Assembly: GCA_963815925.1 (NCBI GenBank)
Contig: CAWFIV010000007.1
Coordinates: 43,313 to 107,312, forward strand
Length of the DNA stretch: 64,000 bases
Reading direction: 5' to 3'
Source: an uncultured Acidobacteriota bacterium
GTDB taxonomy: Bacteria; Acidobacteriota; Terriglobia; Terriglobales; Acidobacteriaceae
Part shown: positions 47,856 through 60,336 of the stretch, piece by piece
How positions within the stretch are numbered: position 1 is the stretch's first letter
How the letters are laid out: the number at the start of each line of letters is the position of its first letter
Translations under genes and position numbers: made by a program
Notes under the pieces: generated by a model
The model's input: only the letters and a program-made list of their open reading frames with translations
Database searches by the model: none
Told to the model about the DNA's origin: nothing

Positions 47856-49452
47856 ATGAAACAAATCCCGCCTTCCGACGACAGCCTCAGCAATGTCGGC
47901 AAAGAACGATTCCAGCTCATCGCCCGCGCCGGCAACGATGTCATTTGGGATTGGAATATCCAAAGCGGCGTCTCATGGCAGAGCCACACTCTCCGTCAGT
48001 TCGGCTACTCCGAAGCCACCCAGCCGGGCGAACGCCCTTGGCTTGATCACGCCCATCCGGACCACTTCCAACGCGTGCTCAAGGGCCTCGAAGATGTCCT
48101 CGCCGGCCAGACGCTGTATTGGTCGGACGAATACCCATTCCATCGCCGCGACGGCGCCGTTGTCGAAGTTTTCAATCGCGCTTGCGTGGTCCGCAATGCC
48201 GAAGGACGCGCCATCCGAATGGTCGGAGCGATGATCGATATAACCGATCGCAATAAAGCAAGGGAAACAATCAACGCGCAACGAGCAGACCACCAGAAGA
48301 TCGAAACCCAATTCCTGCGCGCCCAGAGGTTGGAGAGCATTGGCGCGCAGGTCGGGCGCATTGCTCACGACCTCAACAATGTCTTTTCGCCCATCCTGAT
48401 GGGCGTGCCGTTCTTGAGGGATATTGCCGGCGATCCTTCCAGCCGCAAAATCCTGGCCGACATGCGAATCCAGCGCCGAGCGTGGCGTCGCGGATTGTCA
48501 AAGAGTTTTTGACACTGGCTCTGCGGCGCCCGAAACCGAGCGCACCCGGCTCCGGCCCAATCAACTTATTCAGGAAACGGTCAATGTCCTCGGCGAGACT
48601 TTTCCCAAATCCATTCGGGTCAAGACCTCTTGCGATCCTGCGCGTCTGCGAGATCGAAGGCGACGCCATGGAACTTCACCAGGTCCTCCTCAATCTCTGT
48701 GTCAACGCGGGGGATGCGATGCCAGACGGCGGGGGCTTTGACCCTCTCTTCGCACAATGTCACTCTGCAAGAGCCGGTTTTCTGCGCCGGACTCTCCGGC
48801 CCGTCCGGTGAATACGTGCAAATCCAGGTCGCCGATACCGGCATTGGCATGTCCGAGGAACTGCAAACGAAAATATTCCAGCCTTACTTCACCACCAAGG
48901 AGCCCGGGCAAAGGCAGCGGGCCTGGGCCTCTCGACCATCGTGAGAATTCTCCAAAGCCACGGCGCCATGCTCGGCTTGGAAAGCGCCCCGGGACACGGC
49001 ACGGCCTTTTCCATTTATTTTCCCGCCAAACTCCGCCGCCCTCAGACCGATGCCGCTGCCCTCGCGCCCGCGCCGCCCGCCGGCAACCAGAGACTAGTCC
49101 TGCTTGTGGACGATGAGGAGGCGATTCGCGAAATGTGCCAGTTGATCCTGGAAAGCTCCGATTACCGCGTCTTGACCGCCGAAAACGGCGTCGAGGCGCT
49201 GTCGCTGACCGAACGCTACAAAGACGAAATCTCCGCCGCCATAGTGGATATGATGATGCCTGTGATGGACGGCGCGGCTGCGATTCGAGCCATGCCGCTG
49301 GTGCGCGCCGCAATTGAAGATCATCGCCACCAGCGGCCTTTCGCAAAAAGAACAATCCGCCGCCCTGGGTGATGCCGCGCCGGATCATCTTCCTCCAAAA
49401 GCCGTACACCGCGGACCAGTTGGTGGCCGCGCTGGCTGGCGTGCTCCGTTGA
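47856..49452 (+). pseudogene. hybrid PAS sensor histidine kinase / response regulator, at least 5 frame changes
   Basis: PAS (FQLIARAGNDVIWDWN...[10 protein letters not shown]). H-box [13 protein letters not shown]. ATPase N/G boxes ([51 protein letters not shown] implied). Receiver (LVLLVDDEEAIREM...IVDMMMPVMDG...KIIATSG). Segments sit in alternating frames. Confidence 0.8.
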
Positions 49453-49494
49453 CGGCCAATTCCAAACACGCGCTCCGGCGTCACATTCCGATCG

Positions 49495-50899
49495 TCAGTG
49501 CCGCCTCATTTTCCCGTTCCTCGTTCTCACCCCGCCGCTTCCGGCCCCGCTGAACCTGCACCAGGTTGACCGGCAGCCAGGCCTCCCGGAAGGAATCCAG
49601 GTAATCCAGCGACGCCAGCAATCCCGGCGTCGACCGTGTCCAGTTCGCCGGCGCGCCACACCGCATGACGCAGGCATTCCTGATGCGCCATGACCTTTTC
49701 GGCAATGTCCTCGTCGCACAGAAGATTCCCCAGCGTCGGAGTCGCCCGCAACGCCGCCGCAATGTCATCGAGCAGCGGCGTCCTTACTGCGCAGCCCCCT
49801 CTCCAGATGCGGACAACTTCAGCCGGGTTGAAATCAAACCCATGCCGCGCCGAGCCTGCGGCCAGCAGCGCCAAACCCTCCGCGTAAGCAATGATCATCG
49901 CGGCGTGACAGCGCCCCGCGCAATTCATCCAGCACGCTCTCTGCGTCCTCTCCAAAACGCCCTGCGGGATGCCGGAACGGTGTCATAATCAACGATCGCT
50001 GCCGTTCCCGCGCTGAAAAACACTGCGTGCCCAGCGCCGCGTCGATTGTCGGCGTCCGCACCCCCAACTCCCGCGCGCATTGCGAAATCCGCCGGGCCGC
50101 CGCGTCGTTCTTGAGAGCGTTAAGCTTCCCCTTGATCTGGCCCCGCTCCATCCCTTCATCAACGGGATTGAAAACATGCCCGGAAACTTCGGCCAGGTAA
50201 CCGTTGAGAACACCGACGTTCAAGGCGCCGGAGGCATCGCGCAAATTCCTCGCCCCCAAACGCCAGCGTCCGTTGCATCAACTCAAACGTTTCAAACACC
50301 AGTTCCATCAACCCGTATTCGATGCCGGAATGTGCCATGCGCGCAAAGCACGCGGCTGCAGCGGAATCAAAATAGCCGACAGCCGGTTCGCCGTTGACGT
50401 TGGCTGCCAGCGCCTCCAGTATTGGGCGCATCCGCGCGCAGACTTCGCGCCGTCCGCCCGCCATGATGATGATCCCGTCTGCGCCGCCGCATCGCCCCCG
50501 GCGATTCCCAGGCTCATGAACTCGACGGATCGTTCCGACAGCTTCCGGGCGCGACGCTCCGCGTCCTTGAAGTACGAATCTCCAGCGTCAATTATAAGGT
50601 CTCGCGGGGCCAGGTGCGGCAGCAACTCATTAACCATTCCGTCCGTCTGCGCTGCGGTTTCTCCAAAAACAAAAATCGTCCGCGGCCGACTCACCAATCC
50701 GGCCAGTTCAGAAAGGGATCGTGCCTGAAGAAATGGTCCGCCTGCCAGGCCCTGCGGCAAGTTCGCGGGTTGGCGGAGGAGCGCAGTTCCCACGTCGCCA
50801 CCTGAAATAGATGGCTGGAAATATTCTGCGCGACGCTGACTCCACTGCCGAACAAGCCGGCCACGCCAACATCACACTTGCCTGAATCCGAATCCGACA
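49495..50899 (-). pseudogene. gnd: 6-phosphogluconate dehydrogenase (decarboxylating), at least 5 frame changes
   Basis: CDVGVAGLFGSGVSVAQNISSH / IIDAGDSYFKDAERRARKLSERSVEFMSLGIAGG / MAHSGIEYGLMELVFETFELM / GYLAEVSGHVFNPVD / MIIAYAEGLALL...VVRIWRGGC / LDYLDSFREAWLPVNLVQ, on successive minus-strand frames. Confidence 0.8.
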
Positions 50900-51210
50900 T
50901 TTGACCGTCAATCTGCCCAAACATCCAACGACTTTTTGAAATCACAAATTAATAAGAAGCCATTGGCGTTGGTTTTTCCCGATACTCCCGCCGATGCGGC
51001 GGCCGAGTCAACTATTTCGAGCGAAAAGTTATTCACACTCCCGTGCATTTTTGTTGACGCAAGAATAACAGTCGCGCCCTCTCACTCCCACCTGAATCGA
51101 CTATCAGGACATCCCCCACTACCCTCTCTTGTAGCCTACAGATTCCACCCACAACCTGTAGTGCATTTCTCATCCAAGTTGCTTCTACTGGCAGTGACAT
51201 AATCCTTCCG

Positions 51211-51273
51211 TCTCCTGTCTTCTGACCTCTGACCTCTGTCCTCTGACTTCTGTCTTCTGACTTCTGACTTCTG
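51211..51273 (+). repeat. nine tandem heptanucleotides (consensus WCYTCTG)
   Basis: tctcctg tcttctg acctctg acctctg tcctctg acttctg tcttctg acttctg acttctg. No inverted partner seen nearby. Located 305 nt upstream of the repeat-protein start. Confidence 0.85.
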
Positions 51274-51578
51274 TCAATTTGCCCCTGCGAAATGGCTTGC
51301 CAATCCGGGCGGTGGGAAGATCATCACGAAAACAGCCACAAACAATTCATTTACGCCATAAGCAACAAACCAAATGGGAAATCCCGGTTTAGATCAGAGC
51401 CAGTTTCCCCAATTGCGGGAGGTTTGTGCTAAATCAAAAATCATCAACATCAACCGGGGCCACAATGCGCCGTTTTGGCGCGGGCTGGCTAAAATCGGCT
51501 GTGTGTCCAAGCGAAGGCAGTTCTCCCCGCAACTTGGTTTCATTTCCCGTTCAACTCTCAATAACTAAACGAATCATT

Positions 51579-53983
51579 ATGAAAAATCAAATTAAACAAG
51601 CCCTCACCTCGCTGATCCTGTTATCAGCGCTCAACTCAACCGTTTTCGCCCAGGGCACGGCGTTCACATATCAGGGACAGCTCCAGAACAACGGGAGTCC
51701 GGCCAGTGGCACCTACAACCTAACCTTCACACTATTCAACACCAACACCAGTGGTGCGCCTATCGTGGAACCGGTGACCAACAATGCTGTCGTTGTCGCC
51801 AACGGTCAGTTCACGGTGCTGATTGATTTTGGCCCAGGCGTGTTTACGGGCCGACCAACTGGTTGCAGATTGGAGTGGAAACGAACGGCGACAGCAGTTT
51901 CACCACGCTAACGCCGCGTCAGGAATTGACCCCCACGCCGTACGCCATTTACGCGGAAAGCGCCAACACTTTAAGCGGCACGTTGTCGGCCTCTGAATTG
52001 ACCAGCATCGGCAATACCACTGATATAAACGCTCAAAACTTCTTCATTGGTTTTGCGGGCAATTCGACGACCGGTGGTGCGGCTAACACGGCCGCCGGTT
52101 ATATGGCTTTTAACGAGAACACGGGCGGCTCCAACAACACCGCCTATGGCTTCCAAGCGCTTGTCGACAACACGAGTGGCTCGGGCAACACCGGCATTGG
52201 CTTGACGGCCCTTGCCGCCAACAGCAGTGGAATCCAAAATACAGCCGTTGGCGAGGAGGCAATGTATATGGGCGGCAGCAGCATGGGCGGCAGGCTGCCA
52301 TGACAATTCCGCCTTCGGTGTCCTCGCGCTCGGCAACAACCAGGGCTCATTCAACTTGGCCAGTGGCGTGTATGCGCTTTACGGCAACGGCCTGGGCAGC
52401 TACAACACGGCCAACGGCGCATTTGCGCTTTACAGCAACGGCGGCACCGGGAACGGCAACTACAACACGGCCAATGGCTATGAGGCGCTTTACTCCGGCG
52501 GCACCGGGGGCAGCAACGTGGCCGACGGCGCCTTGGCGCTTTACAGCAGCGTGACCGGCGGCAACAACATCGCGCTGGGCCATCAGGCCGGTTACTATAT
52601 CACCTCGGGCAGTTCCAACATTGACATCGGCAACCCGGGTCTGCCCACGGACACCAACCTCATCCGCATTGGCACCGGCCAGACGCAGACGTTCATTGCC
52701 GGCGTCATCAACGGCAACGGCGCGGGTCTGACCAATCTCAACGTGATGAATTTCAGCGGCACCCTTCCACTAACGCAATTGCCGGTCGCGGTGGTGACCA
52801 ACACTGAATCGAATGTCTCGCTGGGCAGTTTGACGCTGGGCAGTAGTTTGGTTTTGTCGGCACCCGCCGCCGTTTATTCCGGCGGCAACAGCCTTTTAAT
52901 TGCCGACAATGACTTTGACTTCTACGCCGGTCCGTTGGCCGGTAATTTTACCACCACTGGTCCCGCTAACACGGGCCTTGGCTTTGGCGCTCTTTCGATG
53001 AACGGCGGCGGCGCATTCAACGCGGCCGTGGGCGCCGGTGCTTTGGGAAAAAACTCCGTTGGAAACAACAACACAGCCTTAGGTTATGAGGCGCTGTACA
53101 ACAACTCAACCGGCTCAAATAATGTGGCCAACGGCTACTGGGCGCTTTTGGCAAACACGAGCGGCTACAACAACACGGCCAATGGCTATGAGGCGCTTTA
53201 CGACAACTCGACCGGCTATCTCAACACGGCCGTGGGCTATAATGCGCTTAACAACAACACGAGCGGCTACGTCAACACGGCCGTGGGTCATGACGCCTTG
53301 AAATTGAATCAAATTGGCAATCAAAACGTGGCCGTGGGCGATTTGGCTATCTCGGCCGAGAACGTCTGGCAACAACAACACGGCTGTGGGCGATTCTGCA
53401 GGCTCCAGCATTACCTCCGGCAGCAACAACATTTACATTGGCAATTTGGGAAATTCCAGCCGAGAGCGGCGTCATTCGCATCGGCACGCCAGGGACGCAG
53501 ACCCAGACCTACATGGCCGGGCACATTGAAGTCTGACCTGCAATACCATCACCATTACCGGAGGCTCCGACCTGGCCGAGCCGTTTGCCATCTCCACGGC
53601 GGACCAGACGGTTTCCGAGGGCGCGGTGGTGGTGATTGACGAGGCGAATCCGGGCCAGTTGAAATTGACCGACCAGCCTTACGACACCCGCGTGGCCGGC
53701 GTGGTCAGCGGCGCCAACGGCATTCATCCCGGCATCCAGATGCAGCAGCAGGGCTTGCTCGAAGGCGGCAAGAATGTGGCGCTCACCGGCCGCGTTTATG
53801 TTCAGGCCGACACCTCCAACGGGGCCATCAAACCGGGCGACTTGCTGACCACTTCCAGCACTCCGGGCCGAAGCGATGAAAGTCACCGATCACGTCCGCG
53901 CGCAGGGCGCGATTCTGGGCAAAGCCATGACCGAGTTAACGGCAGGCAAGGGCATGGTGCTGGTGCTGGTCACGTTGCAATAA
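51579..53983 (+). pseudogene. large secreted repeat protein (YadA-head-like NTAxG..AL repeats) with conserved C-terminal domain, at least 5 frame changes
   Basis: Signal MKNQIKQALTSLILLSALNSTVFAQG. Dozens of NTA.G..AL..NT.G..N units. C-terminus ITITGGSDLAEPF...VVVIDEANPGQLKLTDQPYDTRVAGVVSGA...GRVYVQADTSNGAIKPGDLLTTSSTPG...GKGMVLVLVTLQ-stop. Confidence 0.65.
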
Positions 53984-54011
53984 CCGCCTGGTCGTTCATG
54001 AAAGAAACCTG

Positions 54012-55737
54012 ATGAAAACTCAAAATTTAGTGCTCCGTGGAGCAGTTATACGGACCGGCTGGGCGGTTGTCTTATTGGGATTACTGGTCCCCTGCCGGGC
54101 TGGCACCTGGACACAACTGACCCAACCCTCACCCGGCGCTGTCAACCTGATGCTCTTGCTCCCCAATGGGACGGTCATGGCTAAGGAAAACGACGATTAC
54201 ACTTATAATAATAATTGGTACCTGTTGACCCCGGATGGTCAAGGTCACTACGCCGACGGCCAGTGGACGACTTTGAACCCGATGAATTACAGCCGTCTGT
54301 GCTTCTCGTCGCAAGTGCTGCCCAACAATCAAGTCTTTGTGGCCGGTGGCGAGTACGGGACCGGGGGGTCCACAGCCGAGTTGTTTGATATCGTCTCCGG
54401 GCAGTGGACCGTGGTCAATCCGCCAAGTTCCATAGTGAATCCTACCAACGCCACTATCCTTGATGCGAATTCGGTAATGTTGGCCGGTGGAAACGTGATG
54501 ATTCAGCCGGTCCGAGGGATCACGTCCATATTCTTCAATCCCAATTCAAATAGTTGGTCGTCTTTAGGTTCGCCAGACTATCCGTCAGCAGGCTGAGAAT
54601 AGTTGGGTTAAATTGGCGGACGGCAGCATCCTTACGGTCGATCCTATAGTAACCCTTACCAACGGTGTTTCATATAACGGCAATGGCACCAATTCGGAAC
54701 GGTACCATTCCCGGCTTGACAAAATGGATCCCGGACGCAGACCTACCCGTATCCACATTTGCGGCGCTGGCAGGCTATTTTGGTGAAACCGGACCCGCGT
54801 TTCTGCTGCCGAATGGCAATGCGTTTTTCCTGGGCGGCAACGGCAATACTGCCATCTACACGCCTTCCGGGAACACCAATCAAGGGAATGGCAGGAAGGG
54901 GCGAATATACCCCAGGAGTTGGTTTCTGCCGACACTCCCGCAGCCATGATGCCCAACGGCAAGATTCTTTGTGCGGTCGCCGCGATCCCCTATATTGACG
55001 ACAGCGACATGCCTCAATTCCCCAGGCCAACCAGCTTTTTTGAATATGATTACACCAGCAATTCATTCACGCAGGTAGGCAGTCCCACGGGCGGCCTGAC
55101 CGACGACATTCCTACTTACATGGCCACCATGCTCGTGCTGCCGGATGGAACCGTGCTCTACTCCCATATGGGCACCGACCTGTACGTTTATCAGCCCGAC
55201 CCGCCATCGTTAGCCTCAGGCAAGCCAGCCATCACCAGCATCAGCCTGAACCCGGATGGTTCATACCACCTCGTTGGTACCGGGCTTAACGGCATCTCCC
55301 AGGGGGCGGCTTATGGCGACGATGCGCAGATGGACAGTAACTACCCGCTTGTGCGCCTGACGGATTCCAGCAACAACGTCTATTATGGCAGCACCTACAA
55401 TTGGAGCAGCACCGGCGTCCAGACCGGCACCAACCTGGTGACCACGGAATTTACTGTGCCGGTTTCCGGGGGTCAATATTCTCTGGCGGTGATCGCCAAT
55501 GGCATCGCCTCGGATCCAGTCACATTCTTTGGGCCGGTCTGGGTGGATTTCAACTACAGTGGAATTTTCCAGCTCGGCACCTACGATCTTCCATACTCGA
55601 CACTGGCTTCGGGAGTAAGCGCCGTGACCACCGGCGGAACGATTTTCATCAAGCCCGGTCAAAGCTCGGAGACCCTGACGATTTCAAAGGCGATGACGAT
55701 TAACGCAGTTGGCGGCTTGGCTACCATCGGTCAATGA
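54012..55737 (+). pseudogene. secreted kelch/galactose-oxidase-like beta-propeller protein, at least 3 frame changes
   Basis: Signal peptide present. LLLPNGTVM, VLPNNQVFVAGGEYG, AAMMPNGKILCAV, LVLPDGTVLYSH blades. C-terminal Ig-like part (SISLNPDGSYHLVGTGLNGISQGAAYGDD). Confidence 0.55.
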
Positions 55738-55753
55738 AGGGACAATTACAGTG

Positions 55754-57713
55754 ATGATCGCGATGAGAATGACCCTGGCCGTGGCACTGGTCAATGGCGC
55801 ATGCTGGTTTGCGGTTGTTGCTCGCGCTCAGGATAACGATGCTTTCGGTAACAGCAACATCGGCGAGCGTCTGTTCTTGGAGACACGGTTCGCGCAATTT
55901 TTCTTCACCAATTCGGGTGGCAACGCGAATTTCGCCCTTGACCAACGGCGATCCGGTGATGAACACCACGGTCACCATTAACGGGCCGTTGCCGGGGCCG
56001 TTTGCCGGCCAATCCATGAACTGCCGCGCCTGCCATATGGTTGAAGAACAGGAAAACACCGGCAATCGCACTTATTGTGATTTCGCCCCGCGCAGTCCGA
56101 TCCCGGCCAGGGCGATGGACTGACGCACGACGCACCGCAATGCCATTGATCTGGTCAATTCCCTGCTGCCTCATTCCACCCCGTTGTTTCTCCACTACGA
56201 CGGGCAGTTCGCCACGCCCCAGGACTTGATCATTTCCACCTTGACGGGGCGGAATTTCGGCTGGGAGCCGACGGAATATGCCACGGCCATATCCCAAATT
56301 GTGAATGTCATTCGGAACGACAACGGCAGCGACGGCCTGGCGCAACAATATGGCGGGTGGTCTTATGCGCAGACATTTGCAGGGCTCGAGTGCAAATTCG
56401 AGAGCCAATACTAGATATCAATTCACGAATCGTCTCTTTGACGTGTCGGTGACGAACCCCGCCGACCCCAATTATGTGAGTGACGAGCCTGATTATGCGG
56501 GATGTTGCCGCTTTGATCCAGGCCTACTTGGAAACCCTGGTTTTCTCGCAGGACGCCACCGGACAGTTTAACGGTTCGCCTTATGACGTTTTTTTGATCA
56601 AGAATGGCCTGCCCCGGTCGCCAGCGGCAAATGAAACGCCGCTGCAATACAGCCAGCGTCTGCTTCGAGCTTGTTGACAACCTGCCCAATCCCCAATATG
56701 TGACCGATCCGGCTGACGGTCATTTTGACCAACCCACGATCAACTCTATCAATTTGGCCCGACGGAGCTGGCGGGGTTGAAGATTTTTTTGACGACAGCG
56801 CAATCTGAGCGGCCAGAACTCAGGGCGCTCAGACTGGCAATTGTGTGGCTTGCCACAGCCCGCCGGCTTTCACCGATTTTCTTTTCCACAACACCGGGGC
56901 GGCGCAGGAGGAATACGACTCCATTCATGGCGCGGGCGTCATTCATGGCGCTGGCCATACCAGGCTTTAGCGAGCGCCAGACCAACTACAACGCCTATCT
57001 GCCGGCGACGACGAATCATCCCAATGCCCTGGGCATGTTTATCACGCCGCCCAGCCTGGCGCAGCCGGGACAGGTTGACCTGGGATTATGGAATGTTTAT
57101 GCCAACCCCGACATGCCATGCGCCCCAAGCCAGCCTGCAAGCGATTATGCCGCAACTCATGGGCATCCAGCTGACATCGCCGCAATTCTGCGGCACGGCG
57201 ACGACTGGGAACAATCTCGTTTTTGACGGGCACAAATGGCACGCCGGGCTGGTCATATTATGTTCTGGCCTCGACGAATCTGATGCTGCCGCAAACCAAC
57301 TGGAGCGTCATTATCCACCAACACCTTTGACAGCCAGGGGAATTTCAACTTCACCAACGACACGCTGGCCAACGGCGCAGGAGTTTTATCAGTTGTCGTT
57401 GGCACGGCCCACCGCCCGCCGTGGCCTTGCCGCTCATGATCGCCCTGTTCAAGACCCCGCAATCTCCGTGACCTTGGAAGCTCCCAACCTTACTTGCATA
57501 CTGGCCGGATGAACACGCATTGAGGAGGTCATCGCTTTTTATCAAAACTTTTCCAGCCTAGGCCAGCGCCGGCGACCGTCAGAAACGCCGACCCCCAATT
57601 GAGCGGGATATTCATTGGACAGTGCCGCCGTCGCCCCGCTGGCGGCCTTCCTGAGTTCGCTGAACGAGGAGGATTACTTCGATATTCCGTGCCCGTGCCG
57701 AACTACACCATGA
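55754..57713 (+). pseudogene. dihaem cytochrome c peroxidase-like protein, many frame changes
   Basis: Signal peptide present. First haem motif NCRACH (GQSMNCRACHMV) and second NCVACH (TGNCVACHSPPAFTDFLFHNTG). C-terminal ...LFKTP...LEEVIAFYQNF... in other frames. Confidence 0.55.
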
Positions 57714-58020
57714 ACACTTATTCTTGGCGGTCGATTTTTATTTCGCAGTTTTCAGCGTCCGCCGTGATCCGATCTCCCGCTTTGACCTCGCCGTTTAACA
57801 GTTTCGCCGCCCGTCGGCGCGTCAATGTAAGGCTCGCCCTGTTGCCCTCTGCGCTCCACATTGACCCCCGCCCGGCTCCGGGAGTTTTGCGTTTAGGATT
57901 CGGCTTGTGGAGAATTGCTTGCGACAAGAATGGCCATCCGGGTGACAATGCCATTAAGGCATTGCATGCGGTCAGCGCGCGCTTTAACGTGGCCTTTAGA
58001 CGGTGCGGTTTACTTTACTT

Positions 58021-59453
58021 ATGAAACTTGATGCGGTGCTTAGTGTCATTGCGGCGGCCGCCGCGTTCGCGGCCGATGGCGCGACTCCAGCCTGGCCAGG
58101 GTTTCGCGGGCCGAACAGTTCGGGCGTCGGCGACGGGGGCGCGCCGCCCATCAACATCAGTCCCACCAACTCGGTTTTGTGGAAGGTCCAGGTGCCTTGG
58201 TCGCCATCTTCGCCGTGCATCTGGGACGACCAGATTTTTCTGACCACCTTTAGCGACAACGAACTCCAAACCCGATGTTATCGCCGCCAGGATGGCACGC
58301 TGGCCTGGTCTCGCGGATTGAAGCCGGACAAAGTCGAATCCTTTCACAGCACTGAGAGCAGCCCCGCCGTCCCCACACCGGCGACCGACGGCCGGCGGGT
58401 GGTCAGTTATTTCGGCTCTTTCGGGCTGGTTTGCTACGACCGCAAGGGCGCGGAACTGTGGCGGCATCCGATGCCGCTGGCCTTTAGCATGGGCGGATAC
58501 GGCACCGCATCGTCCCCGCTTATCGCGGGAGACCTCGTCGTCATCAACCGCGACCAGAACGACGTCTCGTCCCTGCTGGCAGTGGACTTGGGCACGGGCA
58601 AGACAGCCTGGGAAACGCCGCGGCCCGACGCGCATGGCAGCTTTGGCACGCCGATCCTCTGGCGGAACAACGGCGTTGACGAGGTCATCACCCCTGGGTC
58701 CCTGCGCCTCAAGGGCTACGCGCTCAAGACGGGTGTGGAAGACTGGTTGGTTCAGGGAACAGCCTCGTTTGCCTGCACCACGCCGGTGGTCGGGCGACGG
58801 ACTGCTCTTCTTCGCGGCCTGGTCCAACGGCAAGGCCGATGCTCCCTGGCCCACGTGGGAAAAGTTTCTGGAGGGCTATGACAAGGACAAACGACGGTGT
58901 GATATCAGCCTCGACAAAATCGATCCCGTCATGCGCGACTACATGCGCGGCCTTGACCTGAACCGCGATGGAAAGATCGACAAAGCCGAATGGGATGAGA
59001 TTCAGGCGAATGCCGCCAAAGGGGAAAATATCCTGGTGGCGGTCAACCCGGGAGGCCGTGGGGACATCACCCAGAGTCATGTGGCCTGGAAGTTTACCCG
59101 CGGGCTGCCCTACGTCTCTTCGCCGCTTTTCTACGATGGCCGGATTTACCTCGTCAAGACCGGTGGCATGTTCTCAGTTGGATGCCAAGACCGGCAAACC
59201 TTATTACACCCAGGAGCGCCTGGATGCGCCGGGGGATTACTATTCCTCGCCCGTGGCTGCCGGCGGGCGGATTTACGTCGCTTCACTGTCCGGCAAACTC
59301 AGCGTGGTCAAGGCCGGCGGTGACAAGCCTGAAATTCTTCACCAGGCGGAGTTTGGCGAGCGCATTCTCGCCACGCCGGCGCTGGTCGGGGACAATCTCT
59401 ATCTCCGCACCCAGTCCACGCTCTATGCCTTCGGTCCCCAAACCCTCCATTAG
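58021..59453 (+). pseudogene. PQQ-like beta-propeller repeat protein with EF-hand insert, two frame changes
   Basis: Signal MKLDAVLSVIAAAAAFAA. WPGFRGPNSSG, repeated ...G...W blades. DLNRDGKIDKAEWDE loop. Shifts near 58790 and 59170. Confidence 0.7.
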
Positions 59454-59804
59454 CCGCCTGAACTGCCAATAACCTCAGCCGAACCGAGTGATTGCCTTCG
59501 GGCTTCCTTTGCCAAAACGGCGGCGCGCATTTTATCAGCGAATGGAAAGCGCGAAGCGTCTTGGACTGCGGTGGTCCTCTACCGCTCCTTCCCAGAAGAG
59601 TATTGAGGCTCACGACAAGCCTTCACCCGTCGCTCATCGTGCCATCAAGCCAAAATGCGCGTTTTGTTGTTGCCGCCGAGTGGATTATCGATAATGTTGC
59701 TTGACCCGAAACAATATGAACGATGCGGCTTCAGGCAGAGAGTGCCGCGGTACAGACCAATTTCGCAAGGCCGTAATCCATCTGCAAACCCACCTGAACG
59801 CTGC

Positions 59805-60222
59805 ATGAATATTGAGAATCTTAGTGACGGGAAAATCCTCTACTTCCCGACAATCGAATTCCAAAGTGACGCCTGGCTGAAATCAGCATTGTGTGTGTGG
59901 GAGAGAATTTATCGAATCGTTCCAGCATCTTACGATCCGCTGGATTCTGATGAAACCAAAGAGGCTATTAATGCCGGTCTTATCGAGTCCGTGAAATTGA
60001 GCAGTGGCGATTTGACAAAAACCGCACTGACTTTCAAACATTCATCGGCAAGGCGGCTGAATTTCCGGCAGCCCTGCAAGGCCACGACAATATCCGACTT
60101 CATGAGGATAAGGTGGATGACCGAATCCTTCCGATCCTCAAAAGCTTGGCCAAAAAGATTGATCCCAGTGGATGGCTTTCTGTTTCCGAACCTGTCGCTA
60201 ACGCGTACATGCTTTTCCTAAG
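59805..60222 (+). pseudogene. hypothetical protein (DUF6236-like by recollection), frameshifted and cut at the IS end
   Basis: MNIENLSDGKILYFPTIEFQSDAWLKSALCVWERIYRIVPASY... One frame change near 60040. The reading frame ends at the left IS inverted repeat. Confidence 0.4.
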
Positions 60223-60336
60223 TAGAGCCAGTCCCAAATGAACTTTCCGAGAGGGATTTTCGTTTTGGTGCGCCCCATAACCGGCTGACTTTGCCCAAAA
60301 GCGGCAAAATCTGCGATTATAAGTCGTCCCGGAGGT

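Noticed and set aside
51211-51273. Possible CRISPR array
   Set aside because: Unit length is 7 nt with no spacers, and there are no cas genes. This is a microsatellite, not a CRISPR. No other repeat-spacer structure was seen in the window.
51579-53983. Phage tail-fibre or prophage interpretation of the repeat protein
   Set aside because: No capsid, terminase, integrase or other phage genes nearby. A signal peptide and YadA-head-like repeats fit a cellular surface protein better.
57718-57954. 78-aa minus-strand ORF (…TLTRRRAAKLLNGEVKAGDRITAD…) that faintly resembles an S4/YbcJ-type RNA-binding protein
   Set aside because: The motif order does not match S4/YbcJ proteins, and the region is indel-laden. 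Too weak to call.
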